Source: Escherichia phage vB_Eco_BCPEco_001. From it: DNA of 64,000 nucleotides. Within the stretch, counting starts at the first letter, position 1. Every line of letters begins with the position of its first letter. The notes under the pieces are model-generated. The model was not told where the DNA came from. It made no database searches and saw only the letters and a program-made list of their open reading frames with translations. This document shows, piece by piece, positions 1-10,662 of this stretch. The DNA is taken from the sequence record PV295200.1; one strand, written 5' to 3'. A program made the position numbers and the translations under genes.

Positions 1-1
1 A

Positions 2-406
2 TTATGGGAAAATGCTCGTTCAAAAAATCTCTATAAATTTAAAGAAGTAATTGATGTTGATTTAAAAATTGTAGGAATTTATCCTCACCGTAAAGACCCT
101 ACTAAAGCAGGTGGATTTATTCTTGAGTCAGAGTGTGGAAAAATTAAGGTAAATGCTGGTTCAGGCTTAAAAGATAAAGCCGGTGTAAAATCACATGAAC
201 TTGACCGTACTCGCATTATGGAAAACCAAAATTATTATATTGGAAAAATTCTAGAGTGCGAATGCAACGGTTGGTTAAAATCCGATGGCCGCACTGATTA
301 CGTTAAATTATTTCTTCCGATTGCGATTCGTTTACGCGAAGATAAAACTAAAGCTAATACGTTCGAAGATGTATTTGGTGATTTTCATGAGGTAACTGGT
401 TTATGA
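2..406 (+). CDS. 30: DNA ligase (gp30), C-terminal fragment; 5' end lies outside window
   Basis: Open frame from window edge; translation ...VDLKIVGIYPHRKDPTKAGGFILESECGKIKVNAGSGLKDKAGVKSHELDRTRIMENQNYYIGKILECE...FGDFHEVTGL matches recalled T4 DNA ligase C-terminus. Confidence 0.85.
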   Translation, partial: LWENARSKNLYKFKEVIDVDLKIVGIYPHRKDPTKAGGFILESECGKIKVNAGSGLKDKAGVKSHELDRTRIMENQNYYIGKILECECNGWLKSDGRTDYVKLFLPIAIRLREDKTKANTFEDVFGDFHEVTGL

Positions 407-591
407 AAGCTTACTTAGAAACAATTGTCGTGGCTCAAAAAGAAGGTGGAGATGTTTCTACTTCTGTATCACAAATCATGATTGAATTTATCGATGCATA
501 TGCTTATAATAAATTCACAGAAACTTTTGATGCTTATGAAAAAGGTCCAAAGTTTGAAATATATCGTACTCTCTTACCTATAGATTATTAA
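403..591 (+). CDS. hypothetical small protein (62 aa) between ligase and alt
   Basis: ORF overlapping ligase stop (ATGA), followed by hairpin terminator; no recognisable motif. Confidence 0.45.
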   Translation: MKAYLETIVVAQKEGGDVSTSVSQIMIEFIDAYAYNKFTETFDAYEKGPKFEIYRTLLPIDY

Positions 592-610
592 AGGCCTTCG
601 GGCCTTTAAT
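590..610 (+). terminator. hairpin terminator
   Basis: AGGCC-TTCG-GGCCT stem-loop followed by T-rich run. Confidence 0.55.
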
Positions 611-612
611 TT

Positions 613-620
613 TATAAATA
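613..620 (+). promoter_or_regulatory. T4 late promoter box TATAAATA (alt)
   Basis: Exact TATAAATA 21 bp upstream of alt ATG. Confidence 0.7.
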
Positions 621-640
621 GAATAAACACTAGAGAGGAT

Positions 641-2731
641 ATGATGGAACTCATTACAGAATTATTTGACGAAGATACTACTCTTCCGATTACAAACTTA
701 AATCCAAAGAAGAAAATACCACAAATTTTTTCAGTTCATGTTGATGATGCAATTGAACAACCAGGCTTTCGTTTATGTACCTATACATCTGGAGGTGATA
801 CTAATCGCGATTTAAAGATGGGCGATAAAATGATGCATATTGTTCCTTTTACATTAACTGCTAAAGGTTCAATTGCTAAATTGAAAGGTCTTGGTCCAAG
901 CCCAATTAATTATATCAATTCAGTTTTTACTGTTGCAATGCAAACAATGCGTCAATATAAAATTGATGCCTGTATGCTCCGTATTCTTAAGTCTAAAACC
1001 GCTGGTCAAGCTCGACAAATTCAAGTTATTGCTGATAGACTTATCCGTAGTCGTTCAGGTGGCAGATACGTCCTTCTTAAGGAACTCTGGGATTATGATA
1101 AAAAGTATGCATATATTCTTATACATCGCAAAAATGTATCACTAGAAGACATTCCAGGAGTTCCGGAAATTAGTACTGAGCTCTTTACTAAAGTTGAATC
1201 GAAGGTCGGTGATGTTTATATCAATAAAGATACTGGAGCTCAAGTAACTAAAAATGAGGCAATTGCAGCATCTATTGCACAAGAAAATGATAAACGTTCT
1301 GACCAAGCTGTAATTGTTAAAGTTAAAATTTCACGTAGAGCAATTGCGCAAAGTCAATCGTTAGAGTCTTCTAGATTTGAAAGTGAATTATTCCAGAAGT
1401 ATGAATCTACCGCAGCTAATTTCAATAAACCTGCTACCGCTCCTTTAATTCCCGAAGCAGAAGAAATGAAGCTTGGAATTAATTCATTAGCTTCTAAAAC
1501 TAAGGCAGCAAAAATTATTGCCGAAGGAACTGCGAATGAACTTCACTATGACTATAAATTCTTTTCAAAAAGTGAGGTTGATGAAGTTTCTGAAAAAATT
1601 AAAGATGTAATTCTTAACGCAATCAAAAATGAACCAACTACTTCAATAAAATGTTTAGAGAAATACGCAGCAGCTGTTAATAAATTCTTTGAAGAATATA
1701 AAGATAATTGGCTTGATAAACATAATAAAACTCGTAAAGGGCAACCAGATGAAGTCTGGGGAGAAATAACTAAAAATGCCTGGAATGCAGCAAAAACTAA
1801 ATTCCTCAAACGAATGATTTATAGTTTTTCTGGAATTGGTGCTGGTCCAATGATTGATATTACTATTGCCCGTGATGGTTCTAAATATACTCCATCACAA
1901 AAGCGCGGCATTAGAGAATATTGTGGCTCAGGATATACAGACATTAATAATCTTCTTTTAGGTCGTTACAATCCAGAACGATATGATGTAATGAGTGAAA
2001 AAGAAATTGAATCTGCTATAAATAATTTAGATTCAGCTTTTGAAAATGGTGACCGTATACCGGAAGGCATTACAGTTTATCGTGCTCAAAGTATGACTGC
2101 TCCTATATACGAAGCACTAGTTAAAAATAAAGTGTTCTATTTCAGAAATTTTGTATCTACTTCTTTAACTCCTATCATTTTTGGACGTTTTGGAATTACA
2201 CATGCTGGTATTGGTCTTTTAGAACCAGAAGCTCGCAATGAATTAACAGTTGATAAAAATGAAGAAGGAATAACTATTAATCCAAACGAAATAAGAGCGT
2301 ATAAAGAAAATCCTGAATACGTTAAAGTTCAAATAGGATGGGCAATTGATGGAGCTCATAAAGTTAATGTTGTATATCCAGGAAGTCTCGGAATAGCAAC
2401 AGAAGCTGAAGTTATTCTACCGCGCGGATTAATGGTTAAAGTTAATAAAATAACTGATGCTTCTAATAATGACGGAACAACATCTAATAATACAAAACTC
2501 ATTCAAGCTGAAGTTATGACCACAGAAGAACTCACCGAATCGGTAATCTATGACGGAGACCATTTAATGGAAACTGGTGAATTGGTTACAATGACAGGTG
2601 ATATAGAAGATAGAGTTGACTTTGCATCATTTGTTTCATCAAATGTTAAACAGAAAGTAGAATCATCTCTTGGAATTATTGCGTCTTGCATAGATATTAC
2701 AAACATGCCTTACAAGTTCGTTCAAGGATAA
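641..2731 (+). CDS. alt: Alt ADP-ribosyltransferase, packaged head protein (696 aa)
   Basis: N-terminus MELITELFDEDTTLPITNL matches recalled T4 Alt; C-terminal ART motifs (YR, FVSTSL STS motif, EAEVILPRG); late promoter TATAAATA 21 bp upstream. Confidence 0.9.
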   Translation: MMELITELFDEDTTLPITNLNPKKKIPQIFSVHVDDAIEQPGFRLCTYTSGGDTNRDLKMGDKMMHIVPFTLTAKGSIAKLKGLGPSPINYINSVFTVAMQTMRQYKIDACMLRILKSKTAGQARQIQVIADRLIRSRSGGRYVLLKELWDYDKKYAYILIHRKNVSLEDIPGVPEISTELFTKVESKVGDVYINKDTGAQVTKNEAIAASIAQENDKRSDQAVIVKVKISRRAIAQSQSLESSRFESELFQKYESTAANFNKPATAPLIPEAEEMKLGINSLASKTKAAKIIAEGTANELHYDYKFFSKSEVDEVSEKIKDVILNAIKNEPTTSIKCLEKYAAAVNKFFEEYKDNWLDKHNKTRKGQPDEVWGEITKNAWNAAKTKFLKRMIYSFSGIGAGPMIDITIARDGSKYTPSQKRGIREYCGSGYTDINNLLLGRYNPERYDVMSEKEIESAINNLDSAFENGDRIPEGITVYRAQSMTAPIYEALVKNKVFYFRNFVSTSLTPIIFGRFGITHAGIGLLEPEARNELTVDKNEEGITINPNEIRAYKENPEYVKVQIGWAIDGAHKVNVVYPGSLGIATEAEVILPRGLMVKVNKITDASNNDGTTSNNTKLIQAEVMTTEELTESVIYDGDHLMETGELVTMTGDIEDRVDFASFVSSNVKQKVESSLGIIASCIDITNMPYKFVQG

Positions 2732-2734
2732 ATC

Positions 2735-4792
2735 ATGGAACTTATTACAGAATTATTTGACGGCGCTTCGGCGCCGGTTGTTAACTTAAATCCTAAGCAT
2801 AAAATACCACAAATTTTTGCTATCCAAACCGGCGAAGAAAGCGTGCTTCCTGGATTTAGATTTTGTACATACACCTCTGGTGGTGATACGAATAAAAACG
2901 TTAAGCCAGGCGATAAAATGATGCATATCGTAATGATAGGTGTCAACGAGAAATTATCGCTGGTTAAGCTTAGAAACTTGGGTGGAAATCCAATTGGCGT
3001 CATTAATGCTGTTTTTGATACTGCTCTTCAAACAATGAAGCAGTATAAAATCGACGCATGCTTATTCCGCGTACTAAAAAGTAAAACAAATGGCGCAGCT
3101 CGTCAAATGCAAGTTATTGCTGACCGTTTAGTACGTACTAAAGGAGCAGGTCGATATGTTCTTTTAAAGGAAATCTGGGACTATGATAAAAAGTATGCAT
3201 ATATTATGGTTTACCGTAAAAATGCCAATTTAGAAGACATTCCAGGTGTACCTCCTATTTCAACTGAGTTATTCACAAAAGTTGAATCAAAGGTCGGTGA
3301 TGTTTATGTAGATGTTAAAACAGGTGATGCTGTTCCTAAAGCTGTCGCTGTTGCTGCTTCTATTGCTTTAGAAAATGATAAGCGCACGGATCAAGCTGTT
3401 ATTCAGAAAACTAAAATTAGTCGTCGATTAGCAGCACAAGCTCAATATTCTACTGTTGATGCTTCACTTCAGGGTGATAGCTTCGCTGCTAAGAAATATC
3501 AAGAGTTTGAATCTAAAGTTCCGGTATATAAAGCAGAAGGACCAATGAACTCTGGCGTTATTCAGATTGGTTCAAACTTCAACAAAGGAGCTATCGGTGG
3601 TATGAGAAGTGCTTCTCGTTTTAAATCTAGCGATTATGAACTAGAAAACTTCCGAAATCATATTGCATTAGCCCATGCACGTTTACGTGATCCATCTATC
3701 AAGTTGCAGAGCGATATAACATATCAAGGTTCTCAAGAATATTTAAAGAATAAAGAATTCTTTGATTATAAAACTGATAAAATTTTAAGCGATCTTGCTG
3801 ACATTAATATTTCTAATAGCTTTGATGTTATTAAGAAAATTATCAATGATTTGGTTAAAGGTTCTAATGCTACGCCAGATGAAAAGACAGCTATTATTCA
3901 ATTTGTCATGAATGGCATTTATAAATTGATTAATGAATCTGCTGCTCAGGCATATGAATATGCAAGTACTGAAGTAACTCCAAAAGGACTGACTCAGGCT
4001 GAGTCTGATGTAATTGAAGATTATTGTGCAGATTCATATGTTGAAATGAACTCGTTCCTTTTGGGTAAACCAGATTCTACCCGTGAAGAATATATGGAAC
4101 GAGCTATTAAGCACATCGAGACGTTGGATTCTGCCTTTGCCAAAGGATCAGTTCTTCCTCCAGGAACTACACTTTACCGTGGACAAGAAGTTACCTTTAA
4201 AACTTTGCGTCATAACATTGAAAACAAAATGTTCTATTTCAAGAACTTCGTATCCACATCGCTTAAACCAAATATCTTCGGTGAGCATGGTAAAAACTAT
4301 ATGGCTCTAGATGATTCCGGCGCAGTATTTTCTGGTGAAGGAGAAGGTTCCGTTGATGCAGAAGATTTGATGCATATGGGTAGTCATTCTACATATGCTA
4401 ATGAAGATGCTGAAACTAGCGTGGGTATGGTAATTAAAGGAGCTGAGCGAATCAAAGTTATCGTTCCAGGTCATTTATCAGGATTTCCATCAGAAGCTGA
4501 AGTTATTCTACCGCGTGGAATTTTACTGAAGATTAATAAAGTAAGTACGTACTTTATGAAAGAAACTGCTTATAACAAGTATCTAATCGAAGGTACAATC
4601 GTTCCTCCTTCTGAACAATTAGAAGAATCAGTATATGATGGCGACCATCTAATGGAAACTGGTGAAGTTCGTCCAATGGTTGGATTTAATCAATTCCTTG
4701 TAGAAGAATCAAAAGAAGAGGAAAACGAAGTTTCTCAAATCTTGGCTTCTTTGGTTAACATCAACGGAATGTCTAAAAAGTTCAAAATGTAG
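2735..4792 (+). CDS. Alt-family ADP-ribosyltransferase paralog (685 aa)
   Basis: Shares conserved N-terminal 230 aa and C-terminal ART motifs (TLYRGQ, FVSTSLKP, EAEVILPRG) with upstream alt; central region diverged. Confidence 0.85.
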   Translation: MELITELFDGASAPVVNLNPKHKIPQIFAIQTGEESVLPGFRFCTYTSGGDTNKNVKPGDKMMHIVMIGVNEKLSLVKLRNLGGNPIGVINAVFDTALQTMKQYKIDACLFRVLKSKTNGAARQMQVIADRLVRTKGAGRYVLLKEIWDYDKKYAYIMVYRKNANLEDIPGVPPISTELFTKVESKVGDVYVDVKTGDAVPKAVAVAASIALENDKRTDQAVIQKTKISRRLAAQAQYSTVDASLQGDSFAAKKYQEFESKVPVYKAEGPMNSGVIQIGSNFNKGAIGGMRSASRFKSSDYELENFRNHIALAHARLRDPSIKLQSDITYQGSQEYLKNKEFFDYKTDKILSDLADINISNSFDVIKKIINDLVKGSNATPDEKTAIIQFVMNGIYKLINESAAQAYEYASTEVTPKGLTQAESDVIEDYCADSYVEMNSFLLGKPDSTREEYMERAIKHIETLDSAFAKGSVLPPGTTLYRGQEVTFKTLRHNIENKMFYFKNFVSTSLKPNIFGEHGKNYMALDDSGAVFSGEGEGSVDAEDLMHMGSHSTYANEDAETSVGMVIKGAERIKVIVPGHLSGFPSEAEVILPRGILLKINKVSTYFMKETAYNKYLIEGTIVPPSEQLEESVYDGDHLMETGEVRPMVGFNQFLVEESKEEENEVSQILASLVNINGMSKKFKM

Positions 4793-4821
4793 TTTACAAG
4801 TTCCTTATGTTGTGTTATAGT
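4792..4821 (+). promoter_or_regulatory. early promoter (GTTTAC -35, TTATAG -10)
   Basis: GTTTAC, 17-bp spacer, TG-extended -10 region, about 30 bp upstream of ORF 4853. Confidence 0.5.
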
Positions 4822-4852
4822 AGTCTTACTGACATAACATGAGGAACACAAA

Positions 4853-5143
4853 ATGAAATCTTCTTTGCGCTTTTTAGGTCAAGAACTTGTAGTTGAAGGC
4901 GTTATTCCTGCTGATAACGTTTTTAATGAAGCAGTTTACGATGAATTTATCAAAATTTTTGGAACAGATAAAAAGTTCGGAATTTTTCCTTCTGAAAATT
5001 TTTCAAAGCCAGAACAGACTGAAAGTATTTTTCAGGGTGTAGTAACAGGTAAATTTGAGTCAGAAGCTCCGGTAAAAATTGAAGTTTATATTGAAGACAG
5101 TTTAGTTGCTTCAGTTGCTGCTTTCATTTCATTCCGTAAATAA
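4853..5143 (+). CDS. hypothetical protein (96 aa), alt-downstream small ORF
   Basis: ORF with early-type promoter upstream and bidirectional hairpin downstream. Confidence 0.5.
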   Translation: MKSSLRFLGQELVVEGVIPADNVFNEAVYDEFIKIFGTDKKFGIFPSENFSKPEQTESIFQGVVTGKFESEAPVKIEVYIEDSLVASVAAFISFRK

Positions 5144-5149
5144 AAATAT

Positions 5150-5167
5150 GGGGACCGAAAGGTCCCC
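5150..5167. terminator. bidirectional hairpin between convergent genes
   Basis: GGGGACC-GAAA-GGTCCCC between + strand ORF 4853 and minus strand gp54. Confidence 0.6.
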
Positions 5168-5171
5168 ATTG

Positions 5172-6137
5172 TTATATTGCTCCTAATATTTTACTCTGCG
5201 AATTGACAATTCCTGTCATAGTATTAATGTTTGAAATGCTTCCTGCAGTTCCCCCTAATCTACTGAGTCGTGAAAGCGAATTAGATAGTCCAGTAACACC
5301 TCCACTATTTCCGAGAACGCTTTGAATACCATTTATAGCAGCAGATTCAAGCCATTCAAGCGCAGCTTGTCTATCAACTGCTCCAGCCTGCATGACTCTA
5401 TACGCAAAAGTAACATCAAATGTAGTTATTTGGTTATCTCCATCATATGATAATTCAGGAGCGCTCACTGACACTGGAATGCATCCGATGAACATTACCG
5501 CAGTATGAGGTAATCCATTGCGAGAATGAAGATTAACCTGAATATCTGCCTCGACATCTTGCGGCAAAGCACGCAATCCAGTTACTGGGTCTTGAACAGA
5601 GTTAACCCAGTCTTGCATTGCACGATAGTTACAAGCTTCTGAATCCATTCTAAATGAAATAACCAAAGGGTCTAATTCTCTTCCGGTTATACGAATATTA
5701 GGAGAATTATAGTTCCAGTCAGTTTCATAGGATAATCTATTCTCTGGCATTTTTACAGAATATATCATCAATCCAGATGAGTTATATGCCATGTTAAAGA
5801 AGTCAATTAAATATGTACCAACTGTAAATGAGCCCAATAAACTTTGAACTGTACGTTGACTCATGGCACCAATAAGATATTTACTAACCCCTGATTTTCT
5901 TATCAGTTTTTGTGTGCCAGCTGTAATTAGCGTGGTAATTCCCTGATTAATATCACCTTGAGTTAATCCTAGCCAATCTGAATTTAGGCCCAAGTTATTA
6001 TAAGAAAAGTTGCTAATTGAACTTATCAACGAAGAGCTTTTAGTTGATGGAGTTGTTGCAAAAACGCAGCTAAACATATTATTACGTTGGAAATCTGCGT
6101 TTATTGCTTGATTATTAAATTCCTCTAAAGAATACAT
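5172..6137 (-). CDS. 54: baseplate tail tube initiator gp54
   Basis: 321 aa, position upstream of 48-29 block as in T4; size matches gp54. Confidence 0.85.
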   Translation of the reverse strand: MYSLEEFNNQAINADFQRNNMFSCVFATTPSTKSSSLISSISNFSYNNLGLNSDWLGLTQGDINQGITTLITAGTQKLIRKSGVSKYLIGAMSQRTVQSLLGSFTVGTYLIDFFNMAYNSSGLMIYSVKMPENRLSYETDWNYNSPNIRITGRELDPLVISFRMDSEACNYRAMQDWVNSVQDPVTGLRALPQDVEADIQVNLHSRNGLPHTAVMFIGCIPVSVSAPELSYDGDNQITTFDVTFAYRVMQAGAVDRQAALEWLESAAINGIQSVLGNSGGVTGLSNSLSRLSRLGGTAGSISNINTMTGIVNSQSKILGAI

Positions 6138-7231
6138 TAAAAAGTCCCCGCATATAAAGAAGCACGGTTTAACGTGATAATTTCTCTCATAGTAATCTCG
6201 AGAGTAAATGTACTAGGGAGGTTTGGAGCAATAGCTAATCCGTTAAAGTTACCATTAGGTGTTTTATCAAATCTGATGCTTTGTATTTGGCATGGGCCAA
6301 ATATTTCCGTTTTTCCATCAAACTTAGATGTTGCACCAAAGTTTTTCACCATCCAAATTGTCGGGTTTGAAACTACTAGAACGTTAGTTAAACTCGATGT
6401 CATTTTCTCAAATAGTGTTTTATTTTTAGCTGCGTCTTCTGGAGATAAAGGTTCAATTAACGTAGAACGATACCAATCATCTAAATACCCCTTTATTTCA
6501 GCAGCATATTGAGATTTACCCGTTTCACCATAAGAAAAATAGTTAAAATATTGATAGATATTAATAATAGCCATTAAATCTTCTGTTGAACGTGGAGTCA
6601 AATCCCATGTAAACACTTTAGTTCTATTTTCAGCACCACCATACATACTTCTGGCTGTCGTATAAATCTGTTCATTATTATCAGCCATTATACCTTGTGT
6701 TATACTTTCCAGTGCCCCAAATACTGCGGTTGAAGCAATATTACTTAGCACACCAGTAGCAGTACCTCCGCCTCTGCTGATAAGACTTTCTTGAACATCA
6801 TTAAATCTATGTGATGATGTATCAACATCAGATTTAGATCTCGGTAAAAGAATGTTTGCGACAGGAGCTTTACTTATTGTTCCTGAATTATTGTTTGATA
6901 TTAATCCATTTGATAGTTTTGATACTGTACTACTAATAGTGTTTCTTGCTGTACTTAAAATACTCGAAGATGAAGAAGAGTAGTTAGATCTCATCGATCT
7001 AAGACTTCCAGAATCCCTAGATGACATATTGTATGCAGTAAATAATAATCCATTCTTATACAGATCTGTTACCTGGAAGTCCCCTGTAGTGTCATTACCA
7101 CTAGCACGCCCAGTTGGAAACTGGGCTGTGTATGTTTTAGTTCCTACTTCTGATTTAGTACTCTGTCCGGCTGAAATTTTCTCACCGGACTTTTTAATTA
7201 AATCAGCAGTTATTTCTTTAACAATTGCCAT
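6137..7231 (-). CDS. 48: baseplate tail tube cap gp48
   Basis: 364 aa, synteny 54-48-29, size matches T4 gp48. Confidence 0.85.
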   Translation of the reverse strand: MAIVKEITADLIKKSGEKISAGQSTKSEVGTKTYTAQFPTGRASGNDTTGDFQVTDLYKNGLLFTAYNMSSRDSGSLRSMRSNYSSSSSSILSTARNTISSTVSKLSNGLISNNNSGTISKAPVANILLPRSKSDVDTSSHRFNDVQESLISRGGGTATGVLSNIASTAVFGALESITQGIMADNNEQIYTTARSMYGGAENRTKVFTWDLTPRSTEDLMAIINIYQYFNYFSYGETGKSQYAAEIKGYLDDWYRSTLIEPLSPEDAAKNKTLFEKMTSSLTNVLVVSNPTIWMVKNFGATSKFDGKTEIFGPCQIQSIRFDKTPNGNFNGLAIAPNLPSTFTLEITMREIITLNRASLYAGTF

Positions 7232-7239
7232 ATTATTCC

Positions 7240-9012
7240 TTAATTAACTCCAGTCGCATCAAATACACCAGGAGCAGTCGTGCTCGTTACGGGTGTCATA
7301 TTATGAACGACAGTATTTTTCTTAATAACATTATTAGTATTATTGATCGAAGGAGATGCTTGTTGAACAGGAGCTTGCTGTGCTTTATTCTTTTCTATTA
7401 CCTGGACTTGTTTTGCTTCTGGTGATTTAGCAGAAGTTTCAGGTTTGGCATTAGGCTGATTTTTCTTGAGCTCTTGATAAGTAGCATCAATTTTAGAAAA
7501 TCTAGCAGCAAGTTCTTTTTTAACTGCTGGTGAATTATTTAAATCCGGGTCATCCATCCGTTTTTTAAGGTCTTCATAGGCAGATTCAACTGATTTAACT
7601 GTTGAGTCTTTACTCATATCAGCTGAATCGGCATATTTTTCAAAACGAATCATCGCGGCACGTGCTTCATTAGCCTTCATTAAAGCATTTTTTCTTTCTT
7701 CAGGTGAAAGCTGCTTTAATTTTTCTTCTTCTGCTGCACGTTCTTCGTCGGTAGTTAGTGCTTCTTTATTATCAACGCCACGAATCCAGTTAGATGCACG
7801 AGTTTTCCAATTAGCAATTTTATCTAATCCTTTTGCTATCGGACCAAGGTCTCCATTCATTCGTTTATCTTGATAATTTGCAACTTTTTCCTGGTCTTCT
7901 TTATTGAGAGATGCTCCAGTAGAATTTTGGAAATTTTCCAGCGCTCTTCCTTCTACTTCATCAGCGGTATCCTTCATACCAGGAATGACTCGAAGAATTG
8001 CAGCAGATAATTTAGCCATACCTAATTGAATAAGCTCTCCTAAATTAAAAAGAACACTTCCGAGTCCTTCTACGATAGCTGCTGTCAATCCACCCCAATC
8101 TCCCGCTTCCCAAAGTTGTTTAATTTTATCAATAGAATCAAAGATGCTCTGTAATAAAGGACCCCAAGTTCCGGTTTCGCTAGAGAATTTAGTAAAGTCA
8201 GTATTAAATAAATCCCAGGCTTTTGAAAATTTATCTGACCAATATTTAAAGTGAACCATCAGCAGATCTATTCCAACAACAACAGCCAATATCATTGCAG
8301 TCATTTTAGCGGCTTCAATAGCAGCACTGATGGTGTACTTAAATAACATGCTTGATATTTTATCACTAATTGAAATGGATTTCTTAAATCCAAAATCAAC
8401 AGTCTTTGTTAATTTATCTAAAGCTTGAGATAATTTTAAGTTAAATGCTTCTTTTTTCTGTTTTTCTTCTGGTGATTCTTGTTTGGGTTCAACTGGCTGA
8501 GGGGTAGGGAAAAAATCAGCGTCAGGATCATTATTAACTGCTTCAGGAGCTGGTAATAAAGGACCCACAGATTCAGCAGTATCATCCTCAACGACTTTAA
8601 CAGGAATAGCGCTTTCAACAGTGGCTAAACTAGTTCCAGTCTGTTGAATTCCAGCTGTCTGGATTTTTTGCTCTAATAAACTTGTTAATTTATCTAATTT
8701 GCTTCCGAGCGATTCACCGATTTCTTTATTAATATTATTGCCAATTTCGACAGTTTCAGCAATTAACTCAGAACCAGCAGTAGTATCACTCACTGCACTT
8801 TCTACATTGTCAATTGCTCCAATTATTTCATTCGATTTTTCTTCGACAGTTTGAGCTATTAATTCAGAAGCAGCTTGAGCATCATCCAATTTCGTAGATA
8901 TATCATTAAGTCCAGATAAAGTGTTAGAAGCGGATTTAGCCGCTTCCTGTGTTGGTTTATTATCTGAAATAACTTTTCTACGCATCGTTTGCATTTCTTG
9001 TGGCTTTTTCAT
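7240..9012 (-). CDS. 29: tail tube tape measure / baseplate hub protein gp29
   Basis: 590 aa, extended low-complexity helical protein, synteny and size match T4 gp29. Confidence 0.85.
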   Translation of the reverse strand: MKKPQEMQTMRRKVISDNKPTQEAAKSASNTLSGLNDISTKLDDAQAASELIAQTVEEKSNEIIGAIDNVESAVSDTTAGSELIAETVEIGNNINKEIGESLGSKLDKLTSLLEQKIQTAGIQQTGTSLATVESAIPVKVVEDDTAESVGPLLPAPEAVNNDPDADFFPTPQPVEPKQESPEEKQKKEAFNLKLSQALDKLTKTVDFGFKKSISISDKISSMLFKYTISAAIEAAKMTAMILAVVVGIDLLMVHFKYWSDKFSKAWDLFNTDFTKFSSETGTWGPLLQSIFDSIDKIKQLWEAGDWGGLTAAIVEGLGSVLFNLGELIQLGMAKLSAAILRVIPGMKDTADEVEGRALENFQNSTGASLNKEDQEKVANYQDKRMNGDLGPIAKGLDKIANWKTRASNWIRGVDNKEALTTDEERAAEEEKLKQLSPEERKNALMKANEARAAMIRFEKYADSADMSKDSTVKSVESAYEDLKKRMDDPDLNNSPAVKKELAARFSKIDATYQELKKNQPNAKPETSAKSPEAKQVQVIEKNKAQQAPVQQASPSINNTNNVIKKNTVVHNMTPVTSTTAPGVFDATGVN

Positions 9013-9542
9013 TCAAATAATCCAATAATATTGCCAATTCCAGTTATTGGACCATTAGGGCCAGGAATTGCTAAAGTTGTAAAAATATCATTTGCCCATT
9101 TTAAAACGAATGCTGGCATCTCAAGAAAATTAATTTCTTTAACTTCATCGTTGACCTTAAGCAAGCATTTAGATAACATATCGCTCACCGTTAAAAATTG
9201 TTCAAATTTTCCAGGAGGTCTAAAATAAAATGTATTTCCTTGGTATTGAAATTCTAATCTTTGGCATACATAAACATCATTAATGTCATAAGTATAGCCA
9301 TCTATTTCTTTACGAGATTTAATCTTTCCATTAAATTCCAATAAATGAATAGAAACGAAATCAACTTCTGCCGGTGACAAATTCGGACAAATAGAATCAA
9401 TAAGAAGTTTTAAATTTTCATCAGGGCCTTTAACATCTTTTAAAATGTTATAATGTTTAAGACCCATTTTAGGAATAGAAACTTCTTTATTGCTTATTGG
9501 AAGAACTACTTTCTTCAGTGGTAGTATCAGATTTAAATTCAT
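9009..9542 (-). CDS. 28: baseplate hub distal subunit gp28
   Basis: 177 aa, synteny between 29 and 27, size matches T4 gp28. Confidence 0.8.
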   Translation of the reverse strand: MNLNLILPLKKVVLPISNKEVSIPKMGLKHYNILKDVKGPDENLKLLIDSICPNLSPAEVDFVSIHLLEFNGKIKSRKEIDGYTYDINDVYVCQRLEFQYQGNTFYFRPPGKFEQFLTVSDMLSKCLLKVNDEVKEINFLEMPAFVLKWANDIFTTLAIPGPNGPITGIGNIIGLFE

Positions 9543-10662
9543 TTTTAACCTTAACTGGGTCTATTGTTTCCAGTTTCGTTGCATTAGTGAACATATATAG
9601 ATGAGTTACTGAATTATTATTGGATAATTCATGGATAACTTCATCAACGTAAAATTCTGTTTTAAATTGGTTTTTACTATCATTAAAAATAATTTTAACA
9701 CCAGGAGTCAAGTTAAAATTACCGACAGTAGAACATTTAGCATAGCCGTCATATTGTGCCATAGTTTGAAGACGAATAGCTTCTTCATATCCATTCCTAT
9801 AAGTCATTTCAGAATAAGCACCTGACCTTGACACTACAATAGAGTTTTCACCCTTTCCTGTAGTAATCATTGGCAATGAAGAATCTAAAAATGAATGCGC
9901 ATAGATAGTAGCGTTTTTCATTGGGTCACGTTTGTGAGGATTCGATTTAGTCAACCAAACAAAATCATATGCTAATGGATATTTTAATTCTTGGACAAAT
10001 TGACCTATTAAAGATGGCTCACCGACAATCATTGGATATGGTTCTTGATTTATCATCATATCATAGTCCATCATGTTAACTCCCATGATGTCTTGCCATA
10101 CAAATACAAATTTGTCGCTTCCTACAGCTAGAGCAACTTCTCTTACATAGGACAAATAGTTTTCAAATGTGCTAGTCCATGGAATATCAGGAACATAAGC
10201 ATTTATAGCATTTATCGCTGGAGTTAATAATGTACGGTCTTGATAAATGACGCCAAGCATTTCTTTTATAGATTCACCTGCATCAGGGAAAAATGGTCTA
10301 CCAAATTTAAGATTTTCTATAGAATGAATAGTTCCCAATTCAATAGCAATGATGTTATCGCCTTTTGAATCTACTGACACGGAAAAATGCTTGCATCCAT
10401 AAATTCGTGTTTTAACATTATTAATATCGTTTGCATTAGCTACAGAAATTTGAATTATTTCATTTCCATCCATTTTTGTGTGGATATTTTTAGAATCATA
10501 AAACTGCAGCATTCCTTCATTTCGACCATAAAGAGAGTCACGCATAGTTAATGTGGTAATAGTAGCAGCTAATTCAACAAATCTATTATTACTCCAAGCG
10601 TCATAACTCTCAAATAATTTAACGCTGAGATTTGGATATCCAGGACGTTGTAACATACTCAT
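9487..10662 (-). CDS. 27: baseplate hub protein gp27
   Basis: 391 aa, size and synteny match T4 gp27. Confidence 0.85.
   Translation of the reverse strand: MSMLQRPGYPNLSVKLFESYDAWSNNRFVELAATITTLTMRDSLYGRNEGMLQFYDSKNIHTKMDGNEIIQISVANANDINNVKTRIYGCKHFSVSVDSKGDNIIAIELGTIHSIENLKFGRPFFPDAGESIKEMLGVIYQDRTLLTPAINAINAYVPDIPWTSTFENYLSYVREVALAVGSDKFVFVWQDIMGVNMMDYDMMINQEPYPMIVGEPSLIGQFVQELKYPLAYDFVWLTKSNPHKRDPMKNATIYAHSFLDSSLPMITTGKGENSIVVSRSGAYSEMTYRNGYEEAIRLQTMAQYDGYAKCSTVGNFNLTPGVKIIFNDSKNQFKTEFYVDEVIHELSNNNSVTHLYMFTNATKLETIDPVKVKNEFKSDTTTEESSSSNKQ

Noticed and set aside
891-1145. Short ORFs embedded in or antisense to large confirmed genes (e.g. 891-1145, 1552-1809, 2722-3003, 6174-6512, 14398-14655, 19370-19884, 22072-22458, 22967-23311, 37866-38213, 41523-41858, 43115-43474)
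   Set aside because: They lie wholly inside well-supported structural or enzyme genes in other frames or on the opposite strand, lack ribosome-binding sites and promoters, and have atypical composition; treated as spurious.
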